A stretch of DNA of 64,000 bases from Hormiphora californensis. Its lineage: Eukaryota > Animalia > Ctenophora. The translations under genes and the position numbers were made by a program. The number at the start of each line of letters is the position of its first letter. The first letter of the stretch is position 1. Shown one piece after another: positions 61,741-64,000 of the stretch. Location of the stretch: the NCBI GenBank assembly GCA_020137815.1, contig CM035362.1, forward strand, positions 4,712,001-4,776,000. The letters run 5' to 3'. Under the pieces are notes generated by a model. That model saw only the letters and a list, made by a program, of their open reading frames with translations, was not told the origin of the DNA and made no database searches.

Positions 61741-62714
61741 ATGCACCCGTCCTCAAGATCTATCAAGGGGAACCGCGTACCAGTCACGCCCAATCAGGTT
61801 GTAAGAGACTCGTGATCTCGGCCCAAACTGACCTCAGATTACCATTCCAGGTTTCAACATACGATCACTCGGGGACGTTGTACCCACAAAGGAAAGTGTA
61901 CGGTGTCGGATCACTTGCATTCAGTAACAAGAGCTTCCCAAACTTCGTTGAATCCCGCCCCTCCAGTCGATCGACTCTCAACACCACGCCCACACAAACG
62001 TGCATCAATGCAGTCCCCCAGTCGCACAGTACAGGCATCGTGAATCAGGGAGATCAAAATGGGGAAGAAAAAAGTGGCTGTTTGCCCGGTGATAGGGTCG
62101 TATTTGCGGAGTCCCCCTCAGCTCCAGGTGTCCCAATCGTCTACAGACTACCCGAGGAAAAAGCTGCTAACCCCGACCGGTTGAATCTTGACCGGAGACG
62201 TTTGACAATTTGTCCCATTCTTGAGGGAGAGGAGAACTTGAGGTTACTTAACTTTCAGCACAACTCAATAACTCGAATCCAGCATCTGTCGTCTCTGAGA
62301 CGACTGATATTCCTCGATCTTTATGACAATCGAATCGAGGAAATTTCAGGACTCAGTACATTATCCTCACTTCGTGTTCTCATGCTGGGGAAGAACCGAA
62401 TATCGAAAATCGAAAATCTCAATAACCTTCTAAAACTTGATGTCCTTGATCTTCACGGTAACCAAATAAAGGAACTCGAAAACCTCAACCACCTCTCAGA
62501 ATTACGTGTCCTAAATCTGGCGGGAAACCAGCTGACAAAAGCCTGTAACTTCCTCGGTATGTCATCTCTGACGGAGTTAAATTTACGAAGGAACAAGATT
62601 CAGTATGTAGGAGAGCTGGATCATCTTCCCAAACTTCTCCGCCTGTTTCTGAGCTACAATGATGTTCGGAGTTTTGAAAGCATTCGGTGTCTCGGGGGTA
62701 GTCAGAGCTTACAG
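61741..62714 (+). CDS. LRRC49: Leucine-rich repeat protein 49, 5' part (probable exon 61741-61797; exon 61851-62714); later exons not located
   Basis: RLNLDRRRLTICPILEGEENLRLLNFQHNSITRIQHL..LDLYDNRIEEISGLSTL..LRVLMLGKNRI..LDVLDLHGNQI matches LRRC49; acceptor ttccag at 61850, donor gtaaag at 62715. Confidence 0.88.
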
Positions 62715-63100
62715 GTAAAGACATTTTCAGTTTAGGTTCATTTACGAACAATTACTTAATTCCACGTGTATATAACTGGTCCACATAATTGGTACGATTA
62801 GAGCACTGTGTTTCCATGTGTGCTAAATTAATTCTGCACAACAAATGTAATGTACCTGCTATGTGTCACTTTCCGACCGCTCCACTGCATGTGTGTGTGC
62901 GAAATACGTGCATGTGCATGTGTATGCATTTGTGAGGGTGCAGAGAGAGAGAGGGAGAGAAAGAGAGAAGGCGGGAGATAGTGTTGATGAAGAGAAGGCG
63001 GGAGATAAAAAAGAGACCTAACTAGGCTTCTGTGTTTGCGTAGACGCTGTGAGTTCAACGTGTCACTAGCTAGGAAGTACCCTAGCCGCTCGTTATGTTA

Positions 63101-63153
<53 letters not shown>

Positions 63154-64000
63154 TTCTCTTTCTCCCCTCTCTCTCTCCCTATCTCTCCAACTCCATCATT
63201 CTCTACTATCTCCCTTCTATGTCGCACATAGTACTACAGTTCGTTACACACCATCGTATTTGCTGTGTTTCCTGAATACTGTTATAACCTGGGTAAAGGC
63301 CCACACTCGCCCCAACAAATTCTTCTTCCTACACCTTCTTACTCAGTGTTCACATTTTCAGAACTTTCCCAAATCTCTTTCTCTTGGACTAATTATGTTT
63401 TGAATAATCCACTAGAACATAAAATATCCGGTGTAAAGATAATGTACTGCATGCATGTAAGTTGAGGAATGCCGACAAAGCGGAGAGAGAGGGGGGGGCG
63501 TTGTCTACAACAGATCAATGATCTCAGTACGTGTCTTGGGTGGCCCTGACGGTGTATGGTAATTTGTGGCTAGAGAGTATCGGTTTGGGATTTATAGACA
63601 TGATTCATTACCAGAAACTAGAAACTTCCACACCCTACTTATAATAGTGCGTGACGGTGCCTCTAAGGTGTCGTCACATGCTATGGTTGACTACATTATA
63701 TTTGTACCTCTTTGGGATTTATAGACATGATCCATGTTGATATGGGGAGTCCAGAAGTTACTGTGTGTAATGTTACTTCTGATCTTGTGCTTACACACAC
63801 TATGCAGTGTCACTTTTCAGCCTCTATCATGTTAGATGCACAATTACACATTATATATCCGGCATTGCTGATTCAATTAATCCCGAAATAAATAGCATGG
63901 AATATATTCATAAGATTGGGTTTTCACGGAGAATGGGTTGCAAACGTGTTTGTTAACTTGATCTCAATGTGTTGTGGTCAAGAAAATTCTCATGCAGATT

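Overview
Eukaryotic (animal) genomic DNA with GT-AG introns, dense MITEs and (CT/GA)n microsatellites. The repeat families and gene content suggest a ctenophore (Pleurobrachia-like); this is inference from recall, not a database result. I spliced exons by hand and checked every intron phase, which recovered genes the ORF track misses. In order: (1) a small secreted amidated-peptide precursor ending ...IGSDIKMSPNENMWA-GRK* (268-1000); (2) a 17-exon, ~603-aa secreted protein with an unusual architecture: signal peptide, papain (C1A) protease with intact Cys/His/Asn and no propeptide, C-type lectin domain, three Sushi/CCP domains (6706-13809); (3) an orphan minus-strand gene with a young full-length Copia (GalEa-like) LTR retrotransposon in one intron; (4) a WCGPC thioredoxin with a ~1-kb foldback element in intron 1; (5) a stand-alone YL1/VPS72 N-terminal (H2A.Z-binding-like) protein; (6) a 22-kb head-to-tail array of 12 genes sharing one conserved first coding exon, with 10 C2H2 zinc-finger genes whose recognition helices are hypervariable, 2 genes where the fingers are replaced by a helical/coiled-coil module, and two embedded THAP domains; (7) a CR1/L2-group LINE with both ORFs open; (8) the 5' part of LRRC49. 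The strongest candidates for an undescribed system are the modular, operon-like ZNF/THAP array and the papain-lectin-CCP protease.
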